IMG/VR virus record: IMGVR_UViG_3300025131_008220
Location: 1-64,000 of that record
Direction: 5' to 3' (one strand)
DNA from: a virus
DNA length: 64,000 bases
Part shown: piece after piece, positions 46,319-58,100 of the stretch
Position numbering within the stretch: the first letter of the stretch is position 1
Layout of the letters: each line of letters starts with the position of its first letter
The notes under the pieces: model-generated
Told to the model about the DNA's origin: nothing
Seen by the model: the letters and a program-made list of their open reading frames with translations, nothing else
Database searches by the model: none
Position numbers and translations under genes: made by a program

Positions 46319-47530
46319 ATGCACTTAGTAGAACAATACGCACTCTCCTGCGGTGCAAAAATTACTCGGGCAAAGATAAGGGACAAGTACTGCCCCCTGC
46401 CAACAGATAGGTACATAACCTTCTCTCCTTTCTCTAAACCCTCAAAGAATTACGACTACTGGAAAGAAGTTTTAGCTATGGCTATTCCCCCTTTAAATCA
46501 ATTGAAGATAGACTTAGTCCAACTAGGAGAAAAGTCTGACCCAGCCTATGAAGGCTGTATCGACATGAGAGGCAAAACGTCTATAACACAAGCAGCCTAT
46601 TTAATTAAACGAGGAATAATGCACCTTGGCACAGACTCCTTTGCTACTCATATTGCCTCAGCATACGATAAGAAAATGATAAGCCTTTATTCCCATAGCC
46701 CCATTCAGAACTGCGGGCCATTCTGGTCTAAAAAGGCCGATATCATACTCTTGGAGTCAAACAGAAAAGGACTGAAGCATTCTTACGCTACAGAAGAGAA
46801 GCCTAAGACAATCAACACAATAGAGCCAGAGAAGGTGGCCTACTCTATCTTTAAAATGCTAGGCATAAGCACTAACATAAAACACAAGACTGTCCACATA
46901 GGTCCCAAATGGAACATGGAATTCCTTGAGGTTGTCCCGTCTGCAGTTGCAAAGTTTAGCCAAAAAGCACCGAAAGACAGGCACGTTATAAGAATGGACT
47001 ATCACTTCAATGAAGAAGTTATGATAGAGCAACTAAAGACTAACCCCGGCCTGATTGTCACAGACAAGCCCCTATCCTTAGACAAGTTAATAAAAGTAAA
47101 GGATCTAATAGATCAAGTTATTTATTTAATAGAGGATGATTCATTTGATGTTGAGTTCTCGAGGGGCTTAGACAGGGCAAATATTAAAAACTCAGTTTAT
47201 ACAAACTTAGAAGGAGAGTTTTTAAAAAAGCTTAAATATGATTTGTTAAACTTAAACAAACCCATAGCAACATTGGAGAAAAAGAGTAAAGAGTTAATAT
47301 ATAATCACGAAAAGTATGATGTAAAGAATCTAAAATTTAGAAGCCGCAAGTTTGTCATAGAGGGAGACAAGATATTCCCCGGGAAAGCAGCTTATTTTAA
47401 CAACGTAACAATAGATAATTTCAACGCAGATCCAATACCAATCATTAACAAAAAAGACTTTTGGGATGAAATGGATTTCTTTTGGATAACAGAAGATCAA
47501 AATCTATCCTTGACTCAGAAGGTAGTTTAG
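46319..47530 (+). CDS. GT9-like glycosyltransferase C-terminal half plus an unknown domain
   Basis: KNYDYW, VQLG and DMRGKTSI..AA.LI....HLGTDS...HIASA..K..ISLY. Confidence 0.75.
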   Translation: MHLVEQYALSCGAKITRAKIRDKYCPLPTDRYITFSPFSKPSKNYDYWKEVLAMAIPPLNQLKIDLVQLGEKSDPAYEGCIDMRGKTSITQAAYLIKRGIMHLGTDSFATHIASAYDKKMISLYSHSPIQNCGPFWSKKADIILLESNRKGLKHSYATEEKPKTINTIEPEKVAYSIFKMLGISTNIKHKTVHIGPKWNMEFLEVVPSAVAKFSQKAPKDRHVIRMDYHFNEEVMIEQLKTNPGLIVTDKPLSLDKLIKVKDLIDQVIYLIEDDSFDVEFSRGLDRANIKNSVYTNLEGEFLKKLKYDLLNLNKPIATLEKKSKELIYNHEKYDVKNLKFRSRKFVIEGDKIFPGKAAYFNNVTIDNFNADPIPIINKKDFWDEMDFFWITEDQNLSLTQKVV

Positions 47531-47538
47531 GGTATCAT
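47510..47538 (+). promoter_or_regulatory. Sigma70 promoter (leaderless)
   Basis: TTGACT-N17-TATCAT with ATG 47545 after a 6-nt gap. Confidence 0.72.
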
Positions 47539-47544
47539 TAGTAT

Positions 47545-48255
47545 ATGTCTATAGATCAAAAAACGTTTCAAAGAAACGAAGCAGGGCTTTTAGTTAAACC
47601 CCCAATTGACTACGTATTCAACGAAGACGGCTCCGTTGATTGGAGAAAAATGGTCAGGACAAGCTTTTTAGTAGCCAATAAACAAAGGACAAACCAAACC
47701 GATGTATCTCAACTGGAAGACAAAGACCTACTTATTCTGCTGGGAGGCATTAAAGAGCTGGCTCAAATTAGAGGTTTTACCCAAGTGAGCTACAACGTGG
47801 TAGCCGCAAGCCAAGAGTATTTTGCGACTAGCTGCACTATTGAATGGTTACCCAACTACGAAACTAATAACCTCTCTTCGACGTTCTCTGCTTTAGCAGA
47901 CGCACACCAAGATAATACGTATAGCTTTGCCTGCAACTTCCTAGCAGCAACGGCGGAAAACAGAGCTTTTGTTCGGTGTGTAAGGAACTTTCTCAGGATT
48001 AACGTCGTTGGCCAAGAAGAGATGGGAGGAGGCCAGAAACAATCAACCTTCACTCAAAAATCTTCTGCCGCAAAGACAGACTCCAATCCCGCCACCCTAT
48101 TAGAAAAAGTTATGGACACAAAGGGGGTATCTTTTGATATGGTCAAATCTCGTTTGCTGGAAGAAGGCTTTAAGAAAGCAGAGTCGTATGATTCAATTAA
48201 AGACATACCTAAGACTAAAACTTTTGAACTCATAGCTAGACTAAAAAAGATTTAA
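47545..48255 (+). CDS. Putative Rad52/Rad22-like single-strand annealing protein
   Basis: AATAENRAFVRCVRNFL.I......EEM resembles the AETRA..RA.R helix of annealases. Tentative. Confidence 0.5.
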   Translation: MSIDQKTFQRNEAGLLVKPPIDYVFNEDGSVDWRKMVRTSFLVANKQRTNQTDVSQLEDKDLLILLGGIKELAQIRGFTQVSYNVVAASQEYFATSCTIEWLPNYETNNLSSTFSALADAHQDNTYSFACNFLAATAENRAFVRCVRNFLRINVVGQEEMGGGQKQSTFTQKSSAAKTDSNPATLLEKVMDTKGVSFDMVKSRLLEEGFKKAESYDSIKDIPKTKTFELIARLKKI

Positions 48256-48309
48256 AAAAGACTTGACAAGTGAATAAGTTTTTGTTAGAATAAGTAAAGC
48301 AAGACGAAT
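48245..48309 (+). repeat. 65-bp promoter cassette, copy 2
   Basis: TTGACA (48263), N17, TAGAAT (48286). 61/65 identical to the reverse complement of 35094..35158. Confidence 0.85.
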
Positions 48310-48500
48310 TTCCTCTCTCGACGGAGAGAGGTCGGTGTGACGGAACAATCCCTCCCAAAGGGGTAACGTAGCGACTGCGAGAAGTACAGAGACCAATCGG
48401 TTGAGAAAAATCGCGGGTGAGTCCGAAGTAAGTAGATCTGAAACATTTGTTTTCTGGGTACTGAAAAGGTGCGGGTACACAAATACTCCCGCCACCATTT
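48297..48500 (+). ncRNA. Putative ~200-nt structured non-coding RNA or leader, family not recognised
   Basis: Follows a consensus promoter, is GC-richer than its flanks and has at least five hairpins. Confidence 0.55.
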
Positions 48501-48508
48501 ATTTTAAT

Positions 48509-48772
48509 ATGGATTATGAAGAGCTGTGCAAAGCATTTAGAGAAGAAGAGAAGATGAAGACAAAACATTTACAAAAGAAGGCCGCGAAGAAAAAGGTCAC
48601 GCGAAAGGTAAAGCATGATAAGATTGTCATGCGGGATCATGTTCGGCGTCAACTGATGAGGGACGTCGAGTATCAAATCAAACACCTTCGGCAAAGAAAC
48701 GCAGCCGATTGCGATGTTGTTGCATTCATCAACAAGAAGTACGCGCAGATACGACAAATAATGTCAGAGTAA
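48509..48772 (+). CDS. Small basic protein (87 aa)
   Basis: ATG 48509 MDYEELCK..., with a Lys/Arg-rich N-terminal half. Confidence 0.65.
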   Translation: MDYEELCKAFREEEKMKTKHLQKKAAKKKVTRKVKHDKIVMRDHVRRQLMRDVEYQIKHLRQRNAADCDVVAFINKKYAQIRQIMSE

Positions 48773-49132
48773 CTACCACTTACCAATAGGGCAAGACTCC
48801 TCAGCTAAATAAACCTTCAGTGGAACAACACAACCGCACTCAGCGCATCTTTGGTTTTCTTTAATAAACCAAGCGCACCCGTGGCATATAGCGGTCCTTT
48901 TCTCTATTAGGGACATTTCCGCTTTTATCTTCTTTCCGGCCACTAAAGCCTTTGCAGTTTTAGAGAGACTCTTAGCTAAGTTAGCCGCCATCTCCTTCTT
49001 GCTGGGGAGCTTCTTTTTGTCCAGCTTTATAAAATCTTTTTTTAAAGAACCCCTTTTTCTTCCAGAACTATTCGTTTGAGTAGACCCAATTGGTTCGATA
49101 TAAGACCCTCCTGAAAAATTTTTTAAACTCAT
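48773..49132 (-). CDS. Cys-rich DUF6171-like protein
   Basis: R..IC..C...C.ECGC...K......CP.GKW. Confidence 0.7.
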   Translation of the reverse strand: MSLKNFSGGSYIEPIGSTQTNSSGRKRGSLKKDFIKLDKKKLPSKKEMAANLAKSLSKTAKALVAGKKIKAEMSLIEKRTAICHGCAWFIKENQRCAECGCVVPLKVYLAEESCPIGKW

Positions 49133-52100
49133 TTTTTTAAATCAAAAACCAGAGGATCGTTGCTAACTTTTAATGTTTTTATTTGTCCCGGGTAGCAGTA
49201 ATGAATACAAGGCCCCATGTATGCCGTCTTTCCGTACCCCTTTATGCCTTTTCTAACGGCATACAGATACTCGTTAGCGCCGTAAACAGCCATAGCCAAG
49301 TCAAACTCAGGCTCAACCTTAAAAGTTCCTTTCGCGGGAACTTGTACAATAGAAGATGACTCCGCATAAGTCTCTTGAGGCCCTATGACATCATCTCCCT
49401 CACTTAAATCAAACAAGTCTTCATAACTATGGGTAACATTGTAGGTGCTTGAAGCTCCACCTTCGCAAAGGCTATGCCTTCCATTTCTTTTATAAACTTC
49501 CCCTATTTTAGTCTCTTCACATGTAGACCTACCCTCTACAAGGGAGCACCTTAGCTTAGATTCCTCTGGTCTATATTTTTCCTTTAAGCCAACAGGCAGA
49601 CTCCTAGTGAAATCTGGAGAAGCAACAACTTCATACTCAGTCCAAACCTTTACTGTTCTTAAAAACGCGGATAAGAAAGGCTTATCTCTGGTCTGACAAC
49701 CAAAAACTATTTGATTGGAGTACCCAGCCCTTATATATTCAGAGCCCCTTATATCAACCAACACGCCACCTTCAACCGGATCAAATTGGGTGCCATCAAC
49801 TGTAGAATTTCCTAAAGAGGAGTCTTTAACAGGAGGGCGTAGAGGCCAAAGCTCGCTGCTTACATCAAATACCTCACTTTTGTAAACAAGCTCTCCCCCG
49901 TAGGCGTAAGCTCTTCTGTTAATTGGGGTAGGCAAAGGGAGACCTTCTGTTTTAATAGGGTGATCGCCATACTCCATGGGAGGATTACAGTAGACACCCA
50001 ATTTCTTAGGTATATTTACATTATTTGGCAATCCAATACTCTTAGGAGTTCTAGGGTCATCCTCATCTTTTTTGAATTTCTTGGCCTCTGGAGTATCTCT
50101 TAACTCTTCGTCTACATCTTCCCATATCGGGCTTCCGAGATCAGCGTCGTAGTCTGTTATATTCTTAAGATCCCCTGAATTACCCCCATCACTTTCGAAC
50201 GCAGAAAAATGAGCCACTTTAACTTCATTGGAGTCGGGATCAAGATAAACTATATAATTTATTCTAGACTTGTTCTCATAAGTTAAATAATCATATTCAT
50301 CATCCCCCATACCCCAGCTGGAATCGGCATCCCCTGCAGAATCGAGATTTGGAAAGGTCAGTCCAGCCATATCTGGATTATTTATATATCTATATTCAAC
50401 CTGACTGAACCTCCTTACCTTTGCATATAAAGGAGCTTCTACTCGTATTTTATGCATAAAGTTAACAGCTCTAGCGTAAGTATTGAAAACCTCTGCAGTA
50501 ATAGCAGCTCCCGGCAATATACCAAAAGACTGAGGCAAGGATGGGTTATCCTCCCTAGAGAAAGAACTTATCCAAGGAGTCGTCTTACTAGCTATTTCGT
50601 TGTTTACGACCCTATACTCTACTATAGATGAGTTATTCGCTAAAGCCCAAGCTTCTCCGGGATCAACGTCCGGATAAACCTCATACTGAATGAACGGCTT
50701 ATCACTTCCGGGCTGATACTTAACCTCTACAGACCTGTTGCTAACAGAAGAAGAGTCCGTCTGGTCCTCCTGAAACAAGCCATCTACATACTCATTCTCT
50801 GTCCCCTTTATTTCCGAAATCTCGTCGGGCATAGATCTTCCATAATTCTGAGAACCCTTTATTTGTTCTATAGAGGAAGTAGCAAAGTTTTTTATTTTTA
50901 TAATCCTGTCGGCCTGAGCCTGTATGTCTCCCCATTCTTTATCATCTTCCGAGGAACCCTTCATAAAATCAACAGAGCCCCTGTTGACACTTTCACTCAA
51001 CTCCTCGTACTCTGTGTAATCAGCTATTTTCTCTGTGTCCTCATAAGTCAACCCGAACTCTTCCTGCTCTTCCTTAGGTAGCGAAGACTCGTTTCCTGTT
51101 ATAGTTGCTTTATACAGCTGCAAACCGGGCACATCGGTAATTGATATCCGGTCAAGACCCCTTTCTTTATTAGGGGAGCCAGCAAGATTAGCTATCTTTA
51201 AGTTATGTATAATGATAGGAGTCACATCAGATCTATACTGCTCTACTTTAACTGTCTTAAGTCCATCAACATCGGCATAGCCAGTACCAGCATTGATTAC
51301 TTCTATAAATTTTAATTTTCCGTTTTCTATTATGGAGCTAGCCTGAGCTTTCCTAAAGTGAGACGGCTTTTTATCTGGTTCTGCTATTGAGATAGTCGGA
51401 GGAGTCCTATAATTATCTCCGGAATCACTTATCATAACCTTAGATATGCCCCCTCGATTAATAGGGTCTTTATAGTTAGCCCTCATATTATGTTCTAAGT
51501 TAAACATATACAGCCTCGAGCAAGGAAGGGTTAAGTCTACGTTCCTATTATGTTTTTTAAAATCAAAGGTTCCGAACTTAACCAAACCACTTTCCGGAAA
51601 AGATACCGACTTCTTGATGTCAGGATTTTCAACCATACTCAAAGAGTGCTGGTATAGATCTATTTCTTCGTTAAGTACACCGTCTCCAGACAAGTCTGAG
51701 TCATATATAATAGACCTCCACTTGAAAGGTAGCCTCATTGGAGATATTTGTTTTTCTTTAGACTGCCATAACTCTTGGCTATCTTTGTCTTTATAGCTTA
51801 TGTCTACGCCAGTTATGACTATCCTATATTTCTTACTGGCGTCTATGCCCTCCCTTTCTATGGAAAATTTGTTCCCTTTATGGCTTAAACCCTCCTCTAC
51901 ACTGCTCCAACTTACCCCATCAGAGCTATTTTCTAAGTCGTAGCGAATGCGAACTGGTTTAGTTCTCTGCTTCTCTTCTAATCCCCCAAAGCCATCTGCA
52001 AAGCCATCCCAAAAATCAGTAATATGAAAATCTAAACTACTGCGCCCCGGAGCGACATTAACATAAGGATATATATATTTACATACCGCAGGCATACCCA

Positions 52101-55100
52101 TATCGAAAAACAAATCTGCAGTAAAATCTTTACTAGAAGATATAGGAGCGACATGTTCATCAAGCCTTGAAAGCCCTGAAGCAGTAAGTTGTTCACCCTT
52201 CTGGGAGTTAGATAGAAGTGAGGCGTGACCTTCTGTGTCGTAAGACTCATAGACTTGTTTAAATTGGTCTCTGAACCCCTTATTTAACATAGGTATTTGA
52301 TAATCAAAGTAAGGGGAGCCAACTAAATCTTCCCCATTGTCCCCATCTGTCTCGGCAGGATAATCAATGATACAATCCGCTTCCTCAACTATACATAGAT
52401 TTTCAAAAACTTTATTTCTCAGAAAGTTTCCGGCTGCCCCCACTGATTTAGATGTTCGGGCCTCTGGCCCAAGCGTTTCTGGTGTATCTTCGGCAACATC
52501 ATAATTTAAAACAACCTTCAGATCCTCATTTGTATTAAAGATCACGCCAGAAGTACTAAGGTTAAGCAGAGGATCATCTTCATTGAATATAACGCTACCA
52601 TTTAAAGTAATAGATTTAATATCACTACTCTTCTTATATATGTATCTGTATCCTTGTTTAGTATTTAACTTTATATTCAATGTTACAGTTTTATCAGAAT
52701 CAGAATTTGTATAGCTAACTCTTTCTATTTGAGTATTAGATCTATATAATAAATTTTTCCAAGAAGAGAATATATTAAAACTTTCACTTGTCCAATGAGA
52801 CGCCGGAATTGCTGTATAATCAGGATCCAACCCTGTTACTGTTCCGTAGCCGAGGCCGCCGTAAGTTTCTCCATGCCAGTGCTTAGCTGCGGTAGAGAGT
52901 TCTAAATTAGCCCTTATCTTATTCCCATCTAAGACATTATTAGTTGCCCAAGAGTCTACCCTCTCGCTGGATATTTCACTAAGCGGTGGCTCTAGATAGA
53001 AAGTCCTAGACCCTATCACAATTGGGGAATTTAATGAGGTTACAGGGCTGTCAGAATCAGGTTGTCCGTAAACGGAGTCATCACCAAGGCAAGATTTTAC
53101 AGATCTATAAGTCCCATCGTCTTCTGTTTCTAGATCAAAATAATTTACCACCTTAAATACTTGACCGGGTAATTCATTATTTGGATCAGCAGATGACACA
53201 GTATCCTCTATATCCGCATCCACCTTATTAAAGGAATCAAGATTTGAGTCTGAGCTAAATATTTTTAATAAAGTTATAGTATTTTTTGTTTCGTTACCGC
53301 TAGTGGCCTGACTAGTAACCCTAGCAAAATAAGGCTTACCGCCAACTATGGAGCCTTTGCTATTTTTAAATACAATTGCGTCTCCATTTGAAATTGCTCC
53401 CCTAATTACAAGCTGGTTACTACTTAAATAGGCGTCGCCTTTATCAGAACTAGTAGCACCTATGGTCCTCCAATTTCTATTTTCACCAGAGAACCTCAAA
53501 ACCCCTCCCGGCCTATATATATCGTGGTAAGATATAGAGCTAACCTCTGTGTCTAAATAATATTTTAACCCAGCAGTCTCGCTCTCATTAGTTAGATACG
53601 AACCTATCTGATAATCTTTCTTTAGATTTTCAAATACAAGCTTCCTCTCCGTAAGCTTTTTAAGCCTAAGCCTGATAGCCTTGTAAGCCTGCTTCCCCTT
53701 GGATGTGTTATAAGAAAGGCCAAGTTGCTCCCTCGTGTCACCACCGTTGATGCCGAAAGGAATAAAAGAATAGCCTTGATGATTTTTTAAACTTTTTCTT
53801 CTGTCTCTTTCTGCTATAGCGAGAGTCTTTGTTATACCTGAGTCATGAGTACCCCCACCTTCTCTCATCGCATATTCCTGACCCTCATTAGTGTTAAAAT
53901 CAAGATTTAAACTGCTTATAGTTCCATCTGCTACAAAAGGCAAAGAGTCTCTGGCTCCTAAAGAGATAGACAACACGACTTTACCTGTATTATTAGTAAA
54001 AGACAGGCTGCTTTTTATTTCGTATTCGTATCCGGGGCTATCTATCTTGTTGTCTTCAAACTTTACCCTAAGCACGTAGTCTTTGTCAGTAGAATTATCT
54101 TTGTTTGTCCACGTGACGTCAGAAAAGCTTTCAGAAAAATCCAAGTCTGGATCTTTTGGTATTTTAAATTCAAAATAATCCTTCTTAAAAGCGCCTTCTA
54201 TATCTTTTAATTTTTTGCCTTGTATTAGTTCATAAGAGGCTCCATTAGCTACTTTGTTACTAATCCTGCCATTTAAGAAATTCTCTTTTTGATAATCTTC
54301 CGACACCTTGGTCCAAGTAGGATCAACGTAATCATCATCTTCAGTCTTGTTAGCTATCTCCTCGTTTAGAGCTTCAGTCTCTTTTTCTACTATATCTTTT
54401 ATAGCCAAATCCGACTCATCAACTCCTTCTGCTTTAAATAAAGAAGCTTTCACTACTGCGAAATAATTATAATGTATTTGATAGTTTTCCTTACCTGCGA
54501 CTCCTATAAATTTTTCTCCGGGCCAGTAGCTTTTGCCATTATACCAAATTACCGGAAAGAATTCCTTAGACACTACATCGGTGTACTTATGTGAGCCGTA
54601 AGCAGTGCCGCCCGGTGCACCCCTTACGGCTGTTGGAGCAAAGTCGTACTTTACAGGAACAGTCTCATCCCCAATCTGATAATATCCATCGAAATCTTCT
54701 AGTATGTAATACTTGCCACTCTCTATACCAGAGACGGTAACTAACCCTGTTCTTTCGTTAAACTCCTTGGAGTAACAGATTCTTTCGTGTCCAGTACTAA
54801 TGGAGTAGCCTATTGTTCTTGCTGGCATATCCCAAGAGATCTTAAGGCCATTTAATATATAATCAGACGAGTCCTTATCGTAGTAAATCTCCTTGCGTTC
54901 GATGCCATAGTCTAATAGACTGGAAGCAGAGTCCTTCTTATCTCCATATAAGACCACGCCAAATTTATAGGGATTGTCGAAATTGCTAATAGACTCGTAG
55001 CCGGAAAGCCCATCACTCTCTATAAACGGCGGGGAAGGCCAGTGAAGATTAGTCCTAAATATGTTGGAAAACTTATATCTAGTCCCAACATAGTTAACAT

Positions 55101-58100
55101 TAAAAGACTCTTTCTTTTTAATAATCCATTCTGCGTTTTGTTCTTCTTCATTAAAATAATTTGGATCTTTTTGTAAATGAGGAATATGAACATCTTTCAA
55201 GCTAATAAACCAATCTCTTCTATTAAACCTTGGACATAGATTATAGTCAAGCTCCTCTGAATTGGTAAACGCAGTTTTTTCTGATGAGTATATTTTATTG
55301 ATTTTTCCGCCAGCTGTAATATTGACGGCTTTACTGGAGGCATTTATTATCTTTAGCCCATCAACAGTTCCCGTATACTCTATGTCTGCTGGCTGAGTTA
55401 TTACGGTTACTTTGTTCTTAGTGCTTATAAAATGTTTTGGCCTAAGCATGTCTATCTGCCGTCCCTCTAGCTCATCTTCAGTTAGATCATCAACCATCAG
55501 AGCTCTCATAGATTTATTAGCAGGCAAAGACCCCACTCCATCGGATTCAAAATCCTCTATTCTTAATTTATTTTCAAATATCCGGCACTGACTATTAGAT
55601 ATGTTACCTATCAGAGTGTTATCTTTTTTAGCCGAGTATATGATATCAAAGGGATCTTTAAATATTACTATTTTGCCGTCATAAAATGGTTTATTTAAAT
55701 AAAAGTTTTTATAAAGAGTCGTCTCTTCAAAGGCTGCATCTCCTCCTTTCGCTACCTCAGTATAGCTTTGTAGTTCTGTTACGGTTGGATCACCTGTTCC
55801 TTCCTGAGCGCACGAGATCATGATCTTGCATTTAGTGGAGCCAGTTAATAGGTCAACTTCGTAATCGTTTTCATCCCCTCCCATGTCTTTGAAATTATTA
55901 TCATTTGAATCTAATTTTCTTAAATTGACAGGGCTCCTGTCTTTATTGTACAGACAAAATTCAGTTCTCTGATCGTGCTTAAAGATATAATCATAATATC
56001 TATTAGATAAAACAACCTTGTCTTTAACAGACTCATCTAATATAAACTCAAACATGTTGCAAACAGGAATCTTTATTTCCATTTTGCTTGATAAAGATGG
56101 ATCAAATTTTACTGGTTTTGAATGAGATATATCTATCCTATCATCATACTTATTATATAGAGCATAATTAGTACTCCATTTTTTGAGCCTAGATAGATCC
56201 GGAGTAAAACCACCTCTTTGAAGCTTTGAGTCAACGCTTGACCAAATGATAAGCGGCACAAAAGTAGTAGTAAAATAAGCATCGTCCGTTACGTTGAATG
56301 CTTTTACGTTTTCAGCGTCAAAAAGAACGACTTTATCCTTGTGAATTGAAGCTGATATCTCCACAGCTCCATCTTTTAAAGTGTGCAGCTTCACGTTTCT
56401 GTTGTCGCTATCTATAATATAATTTTCTGACGAGTCTACTTTAAAATCACAGTAAGCATAAGCAGGTATAGCATAGGTAGATGCCCCTTCTATTGTCTTT
56501 GAGGCATTATAGTTTTTAACATGGAAAGGGGACTTGCTGTTGTTTATTATTTTTATAGAACCAACATCCTTATGTATAGCTAAAGCCCCTGAAACTGAAT
56601 TTTGCTTCGAAGTTATGAAAACCCCAGAGTCAGAGGAGAAAATAGCATTACTTAAAGTAACCACCTCTACACCATCATCGTCACCAGTCACATCACTAAA
56701 GGCACCATCGCTATACTTGATCTTTTTAGCTGCCCCCGCAGCAATAGTAGCATTAGCAAACACAGAGGCCCCCTCAGGACAAGAGAGAACGGATGAATTT
56801 CTAGAAGCATTCACTACCGTAAAATAGATATTATTAAGTTCGAGCATATCCTGCCTAGAAGGTAAAGAGATGTTTTGTTGATCAGCAAAGACATGTTTAA
56901 ACGTTGACCCTTCTGCGACGCCGATATCCAAAGACACAGACTTCTCTTTTAAAAGACGGACATTAGAGCCTATCTTTCCGTTCTCGTCTTTTGTATCATT
57001 TAGCGTTATCTGATACGGGTTATACTCATTAGCTAGCGGCTGCATCTTATTTTCGTCATCAAAGAAAAACCCAAAAGGCCCGGTAAAGCTACCTAATTCG
57101 GAAGTCATAACATCTTGTATGCCAAGACTCAAGACTTTATTTTTATTTAAGTAGTTAGCAGTATCAGTCTGCGATATATATGGCGAGCCAATGCCAAAGT
57201 CGGCATCCCCATCCAAACTTAACAAATAGTAACCCTCTTCCTCCGTCTCCTCAGGAAAGTACGATAAAATTTTAGCAGCTATTGAGTTTTTCTTATCGTC
57301 ACTCAGATTGTTAGAGCCAGCATCTACAGCAACGACAGAAGATATTTTGATGTTTTCATAAACAGTATTTATTATATTTATGTTGCTAACGTTTTCTGCA
57401 CCAAACCCAACAATCTTATAATATTCACTATCAGAAGTCAAATCTATCTCTTCGTTTTTAGATAGCGTATAGGCTTCTTCAACAAGAGACTTTAGGTTTA
57501 TCTCTTCTGCATCTGACGAGGTTATTTTATCATAATAAACATATAAAGATAAAGAGAGCTGCTTTCCGAACACATGATAGTCTATGGAGCTATCTAAAGA
57601 CGTAGAAGAGTGGTTTATGTTAAAGACTGACTGTTCGTCGTCTACAGCAGATATATGCCTAAAGTAATAAGGGTTGTCGTCTGGGTAAACACTAAAGTTA
57701 TCAAGCTCAACAGAATACGCTACCATGGGGTGAAGCTTGCCGTCCCTATAAAGTTCCGACTCTTCGTTAAGGTCACTAACAATTCCCGGATTATATGAAT
57801 TATCGTCTCCTTCCACGGAGATTAACAAAGAAGACGTAGATATATTTGCTATTTGAAAATTAAAATATTCTGAGGCGCTGATTGGCCTAAAGATTTGATT
57901 TTCTCCAGTCCCATTTAAATAATGCCCTGATCCATCCGCCTTATATAAGTAAGGACGCAAGAAATTAGGCTGGCTATCTACAACTATCTTCTTTCCGTTG
58001 TGAGTATCGTAGTCAAGAATTATATCTCCCTCTCGGGATATGCTGTACCTATCTCTCTTACTTTTTGTTTTTTCGTAATTACGATATAACTTTCCGTCGC

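Noticed and set aside
48468-48497. tRNA or tmRNA 3' end (CCACCA)
   Set aside because: No TTCRA T-loop and no acceptor stem pairing with the 5' end.
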